Notes under the pieces: model-generated | The model's input: the letters and a program-made list of their open reading frames with translations, nothing else | What the model was told of the DNA's origin: nothing | Databases searched by the model: none | Assembly: GCA_963841435.1 (NCBI GenBank) | Contig: CAWJCS010000002.1 | Coordinates: forward strand, 704,001-768,000 | Source: an uncultured delta proteobacterium | Lineage (GTDB): Bacteria > Myxococcota_A > Polyangia > Polyangiales > Polyangiaceae | Direction of reading: 5' to 3' | DNA length: 64,000 nt | In this document: positions 29,954 through 40,242 of the stretch, in pieces | How positions within the stretch are numbered: position 1 is the first letter of the stretch | Layout: each line of letters starts with the position of its first letter | Program-made: the position numbers and the translations under genes

Positions 29954-31540
29954 CTACTGGGCTCGGTCTTCGGCAGAGCTCGCACAGAGCGACAATGAGG
30001 CTTTGAGCTCGTCGTCGAGCGGGGCGTTGAAGAGCTCGAAGTGTCGGTTGTAGCCCTGATAGCCGATGAGCACACCGAAGACGATGCTGACCACGCCCAG
30101 CGTGGCGAAAAGCGCGCTCGTGAAGCGGGGTGTGTACCGACCGAGCCGGTGAGATCGTAGCGCGAAGCCTCCGAGCAACGCGAGGAGCACGATGCCGAAA
30201 GAGACGTCGTTCAGGTAACGCATCGTCGCCAGGTAGAGCCCGAGCGCGACGACGCCGCTCAGGCTGGCGAGTGCGGCGAAGCAAACGAGGCACCACAGGT
30301 AGGCGCGGGTGCGACGCGCGTCGAGACCGAGCGGTCGCGGCACGAGCAGGAACGCGAACGGCAGGAGCCAGCTCGACGGCACCGCGCGGAGCCAGCCGAT
30401 CACGGGCTCTTCCGCCATGTAGTCGGAGGGAAGCCTGAAGCCGTTCGGGAAGGCGCCAGCGCCCTGGTGCCAGGCCTGGAACACGTAAGGAAACTCACAG
30501 GACGTTTCGAAGCTTCGCAGCGCATACGAGTAGAGGTTCGGCAAGAGGTACCGCGGCGACAGGCGAAAGAGCGGGTAACCCGAGAGCTGCACGCCCGTGC
30601 CGAACTCGAAATAGCTGTCGAAGCGCGCCTTGTTGTAAAGGAGCAGCGACAACCCGACGACGGCGAGCGGCCCGCCGAGCACGAGCACGTTCACGAGCGA
30701 GCGGCGTGCTCGCCCGCCGTTCCAGCCCTCGCAAACGGCCGTCGCTACGACGAAAAGCGCGATGGCCGGGGCGACACTGACGCGCGAGCCCAGCGCGAGC
30801 GACCACGCCACTCCGGCCAAAAACAGCCGAACGCGCCGGGCCCGCGGCGTTCCGGCGTCCCAGACGGCGTCGAATGCCGCGAGCAGCCCGACCAAGAGCC
30901 ACGCCTGCGCCGCCATGATGGCCGCGTGGTACGTGCTGCCGGTCGTGACGGCGTGAAGCGCGGGGTTCGCGAAGGCGAGGACGAGCACCGCGAGGACGAC
31001 CAGCCAGCGGGGCACCGGGCTGAACAGGCGCGTCGCCATTCGTTCCACGATCAGCGCGCCGGCCCAGAACGCGACACACGACGAGACGACGCAAACGTAC
31101 TGATCGCCGAGTAGGTATTCGATGCCCAGGAGCTCTTTGACCAGGGACAGCAGGAGGGCGGGCACGGGCCCCCAGTAAATGTAGTAGCGCCCCGCGTAGT
31201 AGCTCGAGTCGAGGGCCCAGCTGCCGTCGTCGCCGGAAAGCGGATCGGGCAGTGGCCCGGTGGCAATGTAGAGCTTGCCGTGCCGAAAGGCTTCCGCGAG
31301 TAGGTCGTGGTACGCGCCGTAGCTCGGCAGGTCGATATGGCCGGCTCCCGCGAAAACTCGGTAGATCCACCAAACGCACGGAATGAGCACGAAGAGCCAG
31401 AGTCGCGAGCGTTCCCGCGCCAGGCGCGCGGCGAGCACACTTCCGGAGGGCGGCTCGAGTCGAGTGACGACGCCGAGGGCGCGATTGAGCGCGCGGCGCA
31501 AGGCGGATGGCGCGCGCGGGGCGCTTGCGGCGCTCGGCAT
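29954..31540 (-). CDS. Polytopic membrane protein, probable GT-C-fold glycosyltransferase
   Basis: About 11-12 TM segments, an aromatic loop DSSYYAGRYYIYWGPVPALL, and YNKARFDSYFEFG and MRYLND motifs. Confidence 0.65.
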   Translation of the reverse strand: MPSAASAPRAPSALRRALNRALGVVTRLEPPSGSVLAARLARERSRLWLFVLIPCVWWIYRVFAGAGHIDLPSYGAYHDLLAEAFRHGKLYIATGPLPDPLSGDDGSWALDSSYYAGRYYIYWGPVPALLLSLVKELLGIEYLLGDQYVCVVSSCVAFWAGALIVERMATRLFSPVPRWLVVLAVLVLAFANPALHAVTTGSTYHAAIMAAQAWLLVGLLAAFDAVWDAGTPRARRVRLFLAGVAWSLALGSRVSVAPAIALFVVATAVCEGWNGGRARRSLVNVLVLGGPLAVVGLSLLLYNKARFDSYFEFGTGVQLSGYPLFRLSPRYLLPNLYSYALRSFETSCEFPYVFQAWHQGAGAFPNGFRLPSDYMAEEPVIGWLRAVPSSWLLPFAFLLVPRPLGLDARRTRAYLWCLVCFAALASLSGVVALGLYLATMRYLNDVSFGIVLLALLGGFALRSHRLGRYTPRFTSALFATLGVVSIVFGVLIGYQGYNRHFELFNAPLDDELKASLSLCASSAEDRAQ

Positions 31541-31681
31541 GGACTCCACGCTCGTCGTACCACGGTCTCGCCTGTTCGCGCGTGGTTGCCATTCGCGAAA
31601 TGTGCACGACCAACGAGAAGAAAACGCTCGCGCCGTGCCTGCCCCACGTTCGCTCGCGCTACTACAATGGCTGACTAGACG

Positions 31682-32719
31682 GTGGAGACCCTCGGGAAAC
31701 AACGGGCGCTTGCGTCACCGGCGTCGCACGCGATGAGGGCGCGCTTGGTCGGGCTTTTTCGCAGGGACAGGACGCGTACTGGGGTGGCGCCGCACGCGGC
31801 GTCGTTGCGTTTCGTCGAGCTCGTTGGGCGCGCGCGACGTGCCAGCGAGCTCGGGGATCTCACGTTGCATCCCTCCGAGCTCTTGGCACACGGCGGCGGT
31901 GCTGCCCTGGCGTGCGATCTTTATCGCCAGTCCATCCATTGGGCACTGCTCGCCCACGGCGAGCTCGCGTCCGAAAACGCCCCCGACCAAGTCGGCGGTT
32001 CGGGGCCACCCGCGGTGCTCCACTGGGAACGTGCCGAGCCCGAGCTGCTCGCGCGGGCCGCGCGCGGCGCTGCGGCGCTCGACAGGATTCAGAACGAGCT
32101 CTCGAACGCAACGTTCGTCGACTTTGCGGAACGCGCGCCGCCCGAACAGCGCGAGCTGGCCGAAAGGCTCGCCCGGTTCGTGGACGGCCTTCTCGCACCG
32201 CTCGACCCCCCGCGCCGCGCCCGCGAGCGGGTCTGGGCTCGGCGCGCTGCGCGAGCGCTCGCCTTCGTGGCAGCGCTCTTCGCGATTGCCCTGTTGTTCG
32301 ACGGCTACGGAAACTGGCGAGCGAGCAAGCTCGATTACGCGAAGCGCGCGCGCTGGACGACGAGCTCGGTCGCACCGTTCGGGGGCTGCGAATCTCCGGA
32401 ACAAGATTGCGCCGAGAATCACGGCTTCTTTTTCCACACCTTGGCGGAAGAGAACCCGTTCATCGTGTTCGACCTCGGAGCGAACAAGCGCCTCTCGCGG
32501 ATCTGGGTCGAGAACCGGCGCGACTGCTGCGCCGAGCGCGCGCTCCCGCTCGTCGTGCTCTTGGGCACGAGCAAGGACGACCTTCACGAGGTGGCGCGCA
32601 GGACGGCCGAGTTTTCCGTCTGGCGCGAGCGCTTCCCGAGCGTTCGCGCGCGCTACGTCAAGCTGATGGTCGAAGGCAACGTCTCGTTGCACCTCGCGGG
32701 TGTGCGCATCCTGCCGTGA
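31682..32719 (+). CDS. Membrane-anchored discoidin (F5/8 type C)/galactose-binding-domain protein
   Basis: TM segment followed by FFHTLAEENPFIVFDLG, VENRRDCCAERALPL and ARYVKL. Confidence 0.8.
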   Translation: METLGKQRALASPASHAMRARLVGLFRRDRTRTGVAPHAASLRFVELVGRARRASELGDLTLHPSELLAHGGGAALACDLYRQSIHWALLAHGELASENAPDQVGGSGPPAVLHWERAEPELLARAARGAAALDRIQNELSNATFVDFAERAPPEQRELAERLARFVDGLLAPLDPPRRARERVWARRAARALAFVAALFAIALLFDGYGNWRASKLDYAKRARWTTSSVAPFGGCESPEQDCAENHGFFFHTLAEENPFIVFDLGANKRLSRIWVENRRDCCAERALPLVVLLGTSKDDLHEVARRTAEFSVWRERFPSVRARYVKLMVEGNVSLHLAGVRILP

Positions 32720-32812
32720 GGCCCGCCCGACGACGCGCATCCAGCCCGCGGGCCGGGCCGCTGGTGATCGACAGCCCCCCCGGGAGCATTTAGCTCCTCG
32801 GAGGTCGAACCC

Positions 32813-34435
32813 ATGCTGCCTGCACACCGTGGCAAAAAGCTCTGCGCCGGACTGGCCGTCGCCCTGCTCGCCTGTTCGGAGCCCGCATCCAACGGCAAGA
32901 ACGGGGCTGCCGGCAGCGGAGGAACGGGGACGGGCGGTGGGAGCGGTGCGACCGCGGCTGGCGGCACCACCGCGGGTGGGACATCTGGGGCTGCTCCCAC
33001 CGGAGGATCCGGGGCGTTGGGCGGTGCTTCCGGAGCGAGCGCCGGGATCGGTGGCGGCGCGGCGGCAAGTGGCGCCGGGACGGGAGGTGCCGGGGACGGC
33101 GGCGCCATGTCGGGCGCCGGCGGCGCCGCGACGGGAGGAGCCGGAGACGGTGGAGCGACTTCGGGGGGTGCAACGGGAGGAGCCGGGGACGCCGGCACGG
33201 GCGGACTAGGTGGAGGCGCTGGCACTGCTGGAGACGGCGGCGGCGGCGCAGGAGCCAGCGGTACGAGCGGGTCCGGCGGCGCAGGGACCGGCGGGAGCAA
33301 CGCTGGCGGGGCGGCCGGGCTCGGTGGCCTCGGCGGCTTCACGGGCACCGCATCGCGACCCGTCCTCACGGCCGCCCAGGCCGCAAACTTCACGATCCTC
33401 GCGTACCTTTCACGAGGCGGCACCGTGACGGCGCCGACCGTCGACAACTGGGACCCCACGACGGGCGTCGGCGACGTGGCGACGTTCACGCCGACCTACA
33501 CGGTGGCGACGAGCGGCGGCACGCACTCGACCGTGCAGGCTGCGGTCACGGCGGCGGTGAGCGCCGGCGGCTCGAATCGCGTCTTCATCCGCGTCATGCC
33601 CGGCACTTACCGCGAAGTCGTGTGCGTCCCATCGAGCGCTCCACCCATCACGCTCTACAGCACGAGCAGCGACGCGAGCCAGACGACCATCGTCTACAAC
33701 CATCTTTCGGGAACGACGGTCAACTCGGTCGTCAACACCTGTTCGACGCCCTCGGGCAACACCTACGGCACGAGCGGGAGCGCCACTTTCGCCGCGTTCG
33801 GCCCGGGTTTCATGATGAAGAACATCACGGTCTCGAACGACGGCGACGAGGCGTCGGTTTCGAGCAGTACCCAGGGCGTCGCGCTGAACACGCGCAACGA
33901 CAAGATGGTGTTCGAGAACGTGCATGTGCTGGGCAATCAAGACACGCTGTCGGTCGGCACCAACAACGTCGCCAACATCATGCGCGCCTACTTCAAGAAC
34001 GCGACGATCGAGGGCGACGTCGACTTCATCTTCGGGCGCGGCACGGCCGTCTTCGACGGTGGGACCATCCGGCTTGCCACGAACCGCCGCACGAACGGCA
34101 ACGCGCTCGCCCCGAGCACCGACGCCCGAAACTCTTACGGCTTCCTCGTCATCGGGGTGACGTTCAGCGCCGCGAGCGGCGCGCAAAGTGCCGGCATGAC
34201 ACTCGGTCGCGCCTGGGACGAAAGCCAGGTCAACGTCGCCACCTACACGACGAACGTCATGTCCGGCGTCTACCCGAACGGCCAGGCCCTCGTGCGCGAT
34301 TCCACGCTCGGCGCCCACGTGAACGGCACGTCGCCCTGGGCCTCGGCCGCCACCACGTCGCGCCCCTTCAGCTCGACGCCGACGGCCACGCTGCCCGCGA
34401 ATCGTCTCTACGAGTACGGCGACACCGGGCCCTGA
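32813..34435 (+). CDS. Pectinesterase (CE8)/YbhC-like lipoprotein with long Gly-rich linker
   Basis: Lipobox LLAC, PGTYRE, SATF, QGVAL, GNQDTL, IEGDVDFIFG, LGRAWD and RLYEY. Confidence 0.88.
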   Translation: MLPAHRGKKLCAGLAVALLACSEPASNGKNGAAGSGGTGTGGGSGATAAGGTTAGGTSGAAPTGGSGALGGASGASAGIGGGAAASGAGTGGAGDGGAMSGAGGAATGGAGDGGATSGGATGGAGDAGTGGLGGGAGTAGDGGGGAGASGTSGSGGAGTGGSNAGGAAGLGGLGGFTGTASRPVLTAAQAANFTILAYLSRGGTVTAPTVDNWDPTTGVGDVATFTPTYTVATSGGTHSTVQAAVTAAVSAGGSNRVFIRVMPGTYREVVCVPSSAPPITLYSTSSDASQTTIVYNHLSGTTVNSVVNTCSTPSGNTYGTSGSATFAAFGPGFMMKNITVSNDGDEASVSSSTQGVALNTRNDKMVFENVHVLGNQDTLSVGTNNVANIMRAYFKNATIEGDVDFIFGRGTAVFDGGTIRLATNRRTNGNALAPSTDARNSYGFLVIGVTFSAASGAQSAGMTLGRAWDESQVNVATYTTNVMSGVYPNGQALVRDSTLGAHVNGTSPWASAATTSRPFSSTPTATLPANRLYEYGDTGP

Positions 34436-34591
34436 GCCCCTGCCCAGGGCACAGCGCGGCGACCTCTCGGCGGTCGGGTGAGCATCGGCCTCTTTTGGCA
34501 GCCTCGGGGAGAATCGAGCGCGGCGTCCGGCAACACTCCCGAAAAATCGCGCTCCACACGGGCATTCCCTTTTCCGCCGAGTCGCAGCACC

Positions 34592-35587
34592 ATGCGCGCC
34601 ATGTCCCGCCCCGAACGCCCGTTTTCTCTCGCGCTCCTGCTCGTCGCCCTTGGGGGGTGCGGTGGAGAAGCGCAACCCGTGCCCGCCGCGCCGGCAGCAC
34701 CCGCGCCGATCGCCGAGACGACTCCTCCTCTGGCGCCCGTCGTACCGCCCGCGCCTGCGCCCGCGCCTGCGCCTCCCGAGCCGGTCTCGAAGCTTTCGCT
34801 GCAGGTTTTCACGGGCACGCCCGAGGGCTTCCTCGTCACCTCGACGCTCATCGCGGGCGAGAAGAACGCGTTGCTCATCGACGCCGCCTTCACGCTCGCC
34901 GACGCCAAGAAGATCGCCGACAGCGTGAAGGCCTCTGGAAAGGACCTCACGCTCGTCTACGTGACGCACTTTCATCCCGATCACTACTTCGGCTTCCCGG
35001 CGATCCTGGAAGTCTTTCCGAACGCCAAGCTCGTCGCGCTGCCTTCGACCGTGGCTGAGGTGAAGAAGACCTGGGCGGCCAAGGTGAAGCAGTGGAAGCC
35101 CATGTACAAGGGCGCGATCACCTCGAAGCCCGTCATTCCGGAGCCGCTCCCTGCGTCCGTGCTCGGGCTCGAGGGCGAGAAGCTCGAGATCGTGGGTGAC
35201 GTGCAAGGCGACGCCGAGACGAGCTCCTACGTTTGGATCCCCACGCTTCGAACGGTCGTCTGCGGCGACATCGTCTACGACGGCGTCTTCCCCTGGACGG
35301 CGGAGACCACGCCCGAGCAGCGCAGCGCCTGGCTCGGAACGCTGGAGAAAGTTGCCGCGCTGGGAGCAAAGACCGTGGTGCCGGGGCACGAGCAGCCCAA
35401 CGCCAAGCACGATGCCTCGAGCATCGCGTTCACGAAGGGGTACCTCGTCGCGTTCGACGAAGCGCTCGCTGCATCGAAGAACGCCGACGAGCTCCAGACG
35501 GCGCTGAAGGCGAAGTACCCCGACGCCGCGCTCGACGTGATTCTGAAAATCGGCGCCGAGGCCGCCTTCAAGAAGCCGAAGAAGTAG
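34592..35587 (+). CDS. MBL-fold metallo-hydrolase lipoprotein
   Basis: Lipobox LGGC, THFHPDHYFG, GDIVY and VVPGH. Confidence 0.88.
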   Translation: MRAMSRPERPFSLALLLVALGGCGGEAQPVPAAPAAPAPIAETTPPLAPVVPPAPAPAPAPPEPVSKLSLQVFTGTPEGFLVTSTLIAGEKNALLIDAAFTLADAKKIADSVKASGKDLTLVYVTHFHPDHYFGFPAILEVFPNAKLVALPSTVAEVKKTWAAKVKQWKPMYKGAITSKPVIPEPLPASVLGLEGEKLEIVGDVQGDAETSSYVWIPTLRTVVCGDIVYDGVFPWTAETTPEQRSAWLGTLEKVAALGAKTVVPGHEQPNAKHDASSIAFTKGYLVAFDEALAASKNADELQTALKAKYPDAALDVILKIGAEAAFKKPKK

Positions 35588-35590
35588 CGG

Positions 35591-36529
35591 CTACGCCTTC
35601 GACTTCACGAGGTCGCGGACCTTCTTCACGCTGTCGGCGCTCTTCTCGAGCATCGCCTTTTCCTCGGCGGTGAGCTCGACTTGGACGATGCGCTCGATGC
35701 CGCCCGCGCCGATCACGACGGGAACGCCCATGTAGAGGTCCTTATAGCCGTACTCGCCCTCGAGGTAGGCGGCGCAGGGGAGCAAGCGCTTCTGGTCGTA
35801 GAGGTACGCCTCGGCCATTTCGATGGCGCTCGCGGCCGGCGCGAAATACGCGCTCGTGCCCATGAGCGAGACGAGCTCGCCGCCGCCCTTGCGCGTCCGC
35901 TCGATGATCTTGTCGAGCGCGTCCTTGCCGACGAGCTCTCGGACGGGAACGCCGTTGATCGTGCAGGCCGAGAGCACCGGCACCATGTCGTCGCCGTGGC
36001 CGCCGAGCACCATCGTGCGCACGTCCTTGACGCTCGCCTTGGCCTCGCGAGCCAAAAATAGTGACAGGCGCGCGCTGTCGAGCACGCCCGCCATGCCGAC
36101 GACCTTGGCGCGCGGCGCGCCCGTGCGCCGCTTGTACTCGTAGACCATCGCGTCGAGCGGGTTCGAAATCACGATCACGAAAGCGTCGGGGCAGTGCTGC
36201 TTCGCGTTGTCGGCCACGTTGCGGATGATCGGGAGGTTCGTCTCCACGAGGTCGTCGCGCGATTGGCCCGGCTTTCGCGGTATGCCGGCCGTGATGATGA
36301 GCACGTCGGCGCCCGCGAGGTCGGCCCAGTTGGACGTGCCCGAGACGCTGCCGTCGGAGCCCGAGAGCGTGCTCGCCTGCTCGAGATCGAGCGCCTTGCC
36401 CTTGGCGAAATTCTCCTTGGCGGGAATGTCGAAAAGCACAATGTCGCCGAGCTGCTTCGTGAGGGCGAGGTTCGCGAGCTCGCCGCCGATGTTGCCTGCG
36501 CCAATCAGCCCAATCTTCTTTCTTGCCAT
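35591..36529 (-). CDS. mdh: Malate dehydrogenase (LDH-like)
   Basis: GAGNIG, TAGIPRKPGQSRDDL, SNPLDAM, GVLDSAR and GGHGD. Confidence 0.96.
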   Translation of the reverse strand: MARKKIGLIGAGNIGGELANLALTKQLGDIVLFDIPAKENFAKGKALDLEQASTLSGSDGSVSGTSNWADLAGADVLIITAGIPRKPGQSRDDLVETNLPIIRNVADNAKQHCPDAFVIVISNPLDAMVYEYKRRTGAPRAKVVGMAGVLDSARLSLFLAREAKASVKDVRTMVLGGHGDDMVPVLSACTINGVPVRELVGKDALDKIIERTRKGGGELVSLMGTSAYFAPAASAIEMAEAYLYDQKRLLPCAAYLEGEYGYKDLYMGVPVVIGAGGIERIVQVELTAEEKAMLEKSADSVKKVRDLVKSKA

Positions 36530-36692
36530 GGCGCGTTCTCCCTACCCCCGCCCAAGGCCGAAGGGAAGGGCCGCCCCCACGAGGCACGTCGCCGCACCTA
36601 CCGCGTGCTCGGCCGGGGCCTGCGCACGTGGACGCCCGAAAAGCGCCGGCTCCGCCGTCGCGGGGGCGCGCGCGCTGGGTTTCGCCACCGCG

Positions 36693-38474
36693 TCACTCTT
36701 CGTCGACGATGCACCCCGAGCGCGCCGCCTTCGCCGCGCCCGGTCCTCGTGCAGACGACATCAGCGGGGCGATGTGGCTCGCCGCCGTGCACGCCTCGTA
36801 GAAGGCCATGCCCTGCGACGGGTTCTGCACGTTGTTCGTCTGTGGCACGACGCCCGGCACGAAGAACGGAAAGCGCTCGAAGTAGGCGCTCCGGTAGTCG
36901 CTCATCCAGGTGTCGAAGCCGGCGTTGGTCGCGTCGAGGACGCCCGTCCGCGCGTAGACCCAGTACGCCGTCACCTCGCGGCAGAAGTTGCACATGCGGT
37001 CGCTCGGGCGGAGCGTGCCGTTGCCGCCGTAGTACGTTGCGTTGTCGTGCGTGCCGTTCATGAGGCACAAGAGCTCCGAGTGGAAGCCGTGCGTCGAGCG
37101 GCCGAAGGCGCCCACGAGCTCGTCGGTAGCTGGATTGATCGCGCCGCCCGAGAGCAGATGCTGCCAGGGGAGGTCGGAGCAGACGTTCGAAGCGACGACG
37201 TTCGACTGCGGCGACGAGCCCTGAGGCGGCGCATTGTCGTCCTCCAGGTACTCGTCGCGCACGGCCGAGAAGGCGTGCGTGAACTCGTGGGCATGGCCCA
37301 TCGCGAAAGCCGTCGCGATGCGCTGCTGGCTGTCGTCGGGGTTCCTGAGCGACGTCGTGAGGCCGCTCAGCCCCGCACGCCCGCTCTGCGGGTCGAAGAT
37401 CAAGAACGCCGCCACGTGGGTGCGAAGGGTGCCGAAGCCGCCGCCCGAAAAGTCCATGGGCGGCACGGGATTGAGCGCGATGGCCGCCCACGTGCGTGCG
37501 GCCGTCTCGCTCGTCGGCGTCGCGAGCGCGCCGTTCGAGACGGGCACGGCGAACGCCGTGTCGCCCTCGTTCGAGTGGGCCGCGGAAGCGCGCGGCAGGT
37601 ACCAGACGACGAACGCCTCGCGATAGTCAGCGTACGGCGGGATCCGGAACACCTCGTCAACCCAGCGATCTATGTCGTTCGCGCGGTTGCCGTCGTGACT
37701 CGATACCGTGTGCAAAACATCGAGATCCGCTGCGGTGTAGCCCTCGGCGAAGAGCAGCACCTGCACGCGCTTTTCGAGCGGCACGGTGGGCACCGGCATG
37801 CCGGTCGAGACGTCCTCGAAGCGGCCGCTGCCGAGCTCTTCGAGCACCCACTCGCCCTCGGGCGTCGCGCTCGCGTCGTTCGACGGCCCGGCCTCGGCGC
37901 CACCGACGACGGCCGTGACGAGGTAGTGATACTCCGTGCCGTTCGTGAGGCCGCGGTGCACCGCCGTCGTGTGCTCTTTCGCTATGTCGAGCGCCGGGTC
38001 GCCGAGCGCGGCGGGGGCGCCGCTCGCATAGTGCACGCGGTACTCTTCCGCGCCAGCCACGGGGTTCCACTCGAGGCCCACGGTCTGGTTGGCGGCGAGC
38101 GCCGTGAGCGTGAGGTCGGCGCTCGAGGCGCCGGCGCTCCCAGCACTGCCCCCGCCGCTGCCGGAAGAACCGCCCGTTGGCGCGCTGCCCGCCGCGCTGC
38201 CACCGGCGCCAGCGGCGTCGCTCCCCGCCGCGCCCGAGCTCGCCGCGCTGCCTGCGGCACCGCTCGTCGTGCCGCCGCTCCCGGTGCCCGCCGCCCCGCC
38301 GCTTCCCGCGCCCCCGCCAGCCGTTCCCGCCGTGCCGCCGATCCCGGCAGTCGCCGCCGACCCGCCGGCGCCCCCGGCCTGACCCGGCGTGGTGCTCGAG
38401 CCGTCGTCGCTCGAGCACGCGGCGAGGGCGACGCCCGCGACGAGCGCCAGGAGGGCGGCTGTGGTCTCGCGCAC
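36693..38474 (-). CDS. Lipoprotein with Gly-rich linker, Fn3 domain and M64-like metallopeptidase domain
   Basis: Lipobox LAAC, GLTNGTEYHYLV (Fn3), AEGYT, HEFTHAFSAVRDEY, CLMN and CNFC. Confidence 0.8.
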   Translation of the reverse strand: MRETTAALLALVAGVALAACSSDDGSSTTPGQAGGAGGSAATAGIGGTAGTAGGGAGSGGAAGTGSGGTTSGAAGSAASSGAAGSDAAGAGGSAAGSAPTGGSSGSGGGSAGSAGASSADLTLTALAANQTVGLEWNPVAGAEEYRVHYASGAPAALGDPALDIAKEHTTAVHRGLTNGTEYHYLVTAVVGGAEAGPSNDASATPEGEWVLEELGSGRFEDVSTGMPVPTVPLEKRVQVLLFAEGYTAADLDVLHTVSSHDGNRANDIDRWVDEVFRIPPYADYREAFVVWYLPRASAAHSNEGDTAFAVPVSNGALATPTSETAARTWAAIALNPVPPMDFSGGGFGTLRTHVAAFLIFDPQSGRAGLSGLTTSLRNPDDSQQRIATAFAMGHAHEFTHAFSAVRDEYLEDDNAPPQGSSPQSNVVASNVCSDLPWQHLLSGGAINPATDELVGAFGRSTHGFHSELLCLMNGTHDNATYYGGNGTLRPSDRMCNFCREVTAYWVYARTGVLDATNAGFDTWMSDYRSAYFERFPFFVPGVVPQTNNVQNPSQGMAFYEACTAASHIAPLMSSARGPGAAKAARSGCIVDEE

Positions 38475-38601
38475 CGAGCCTTAATGATAACCCGATAGCG
38501 CCCGTCGCTGCGGGCGATCGGTCGCGAAAAAAGCTCAGTGTTTTCAGAGCGGTGCGACGAGCTTCAGCCCACGGCACCCCGAGCGCGCGAAAGCCGGCCG
38601 C

Positions 38602-39991
38602 TCACATGTGCTCGATCACGGCACGCCCGAACTCCGAGCACTTCACTTCCTTGGCGCCCTCCATGAGCCGAGCAAAGTCGTACGTCACCGTGCGTGCGCC
38701 GATGGCACCGTCCATCCCCTTGATGACGAGATCGGCGGCCTCGTTCCAGCCGAGGTGACGCAGCATCATCTCACCGCTCAGCGTGACGGAGCCGGGATTC
38801 ACGCGGTCGAGGTTCGCGTACTTCGGCGCGGTGCCGTGCGTCGCTTCGAAGACGGCGTGGCCCGTGTCGTAGTTGATGTTGCCGCCCGGCGCGATACCGA
38901 TGCCACCCACCTGCGCCGCGAGCGCGTCCGACAGGTAGTCGCCGTTGAGGTTGAGCGTCGCGATCACTTCGAAATCCTTGGCGCGCGTCAGCACTTGCTG
39001 GAGCGTGATGTCGGCGATCGAGTCGCGGATCTTGAGCAGCTTCTTCCACTTGCCGCCACCGTGCGTCGGCGCGAGCGCGAGCGCGGCCGTCACCTCGGCG
39101 TGGAGGTCGGCGCGCACGTCGGGCGGAGCCATCTCGTAGCCGGGCTCGACGAGGCGCGCGTTCGCCTCCACGCTGAGGCTCGGATCCTTCTCCTGGTTGT
39201 CGAGGATCCAGCTCTCGCGCTCGGTGACGACCTGGGCGCGGAATTCCCGAGTCGCGAGGGCGTAGCCCCAGTCGCGGAACGCGCCCTCGGTGAACTTCAT
39301 GATGTTGCCCTTGTGCACCAGCGTCACGCTCTTGCGACCCGGCCTTGAGCGCGAAGTTGATCGCCGCGCGCACCAGCCGCTCCGTCCCCTCACGCGATAC
39401 CGGCTTGATGCCGATGCCCGACGTCTCCGGGAAGCGGATCTTCGTCACGCCCATCTCGTTCTGCAAGAAGGCGATCACCTTCTTGGCTTCGGGCGTCTCG
39501 GCGGTCCACTCGATGCCGGCGTAGATGTCCTCGGTGTTCTCACGGAAAATCACCATGTCAACGTCGCCGGGCCGCTTCACGGGGCTCGGCACGTTCGTGA
39601 ACCAGCGCACGGGTCTGAGGCACACGTAAAGGTCGAGCATCTGCCGGAGCGCGACGTTGAGGGAACGGATGCCCTTACCGACGGGTGTCGTCAGCGGACC
39701 CTTGATGCCCACGAGGTACTTTCGGTAGGCGTCCACGGTTTCGTCGGGAAGCCAGCTGTCGAAGAGCTTCTTCGATTTTTCCCCAGCGTACACCTCGTAC
39801 CACTCGAGCTTGCGCTTGCCGCCGTACGCCTTCGCCACCGCAGCATCCAGGATCGCGCTCGAGGCGCGCCAGATGTCGGGCCCCGTCCCGTCGCCCTCGA
39901 TGAACGGCAGGATCGGGTGGTCGGGCACCTCGAGCTTCTCGCCCTGCATGCGGATGGGTTCGCCGGACTGGGGTGGTTTCAAGGACGACAT
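38602..39991 (-). CDS. icd: NADP-dependent isocitrate dehydrogenase, split by a +1 frameshift near 39339
   Basis: [36 protein letters not shown], then [21 protein letters not shown] and [10 protein letters not shown]. Removing one base from CCC at 39338-39340 restores ...[11 protein letters not shown] (463 codons). Confidence 0.93.
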
Positions 39992-40242
39992 CGTCCCCCG
40001 CTCTTAGCATCGCTTGCGGCCGGCGGGGAGTGCGCGCGACGACCGAAGCGCGCTGCCTCGCGTGAGAGCGGCTGCTGCGCACGGGCCCACGCGCATCGCT
40101 GATGTGGGCCGGCGCAAGCCTCGACGCGGCCGTCCGGTTTCTGGCCGATTGCGCCCGGATTGGTCCCGAAATTCCGCCGGTCAACGGATGGTCGCGAGCG
40201 CGGCGGGGTGATGGCGCAGGACGCTGGTGTATCGTCCGTCCC

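Noticed and set aside
39330-39350. Programmed frameshift in icd
   Set aside because: There is no slippery heptamer, and similar indels occur in unrelated genes, which points to sequencing error.
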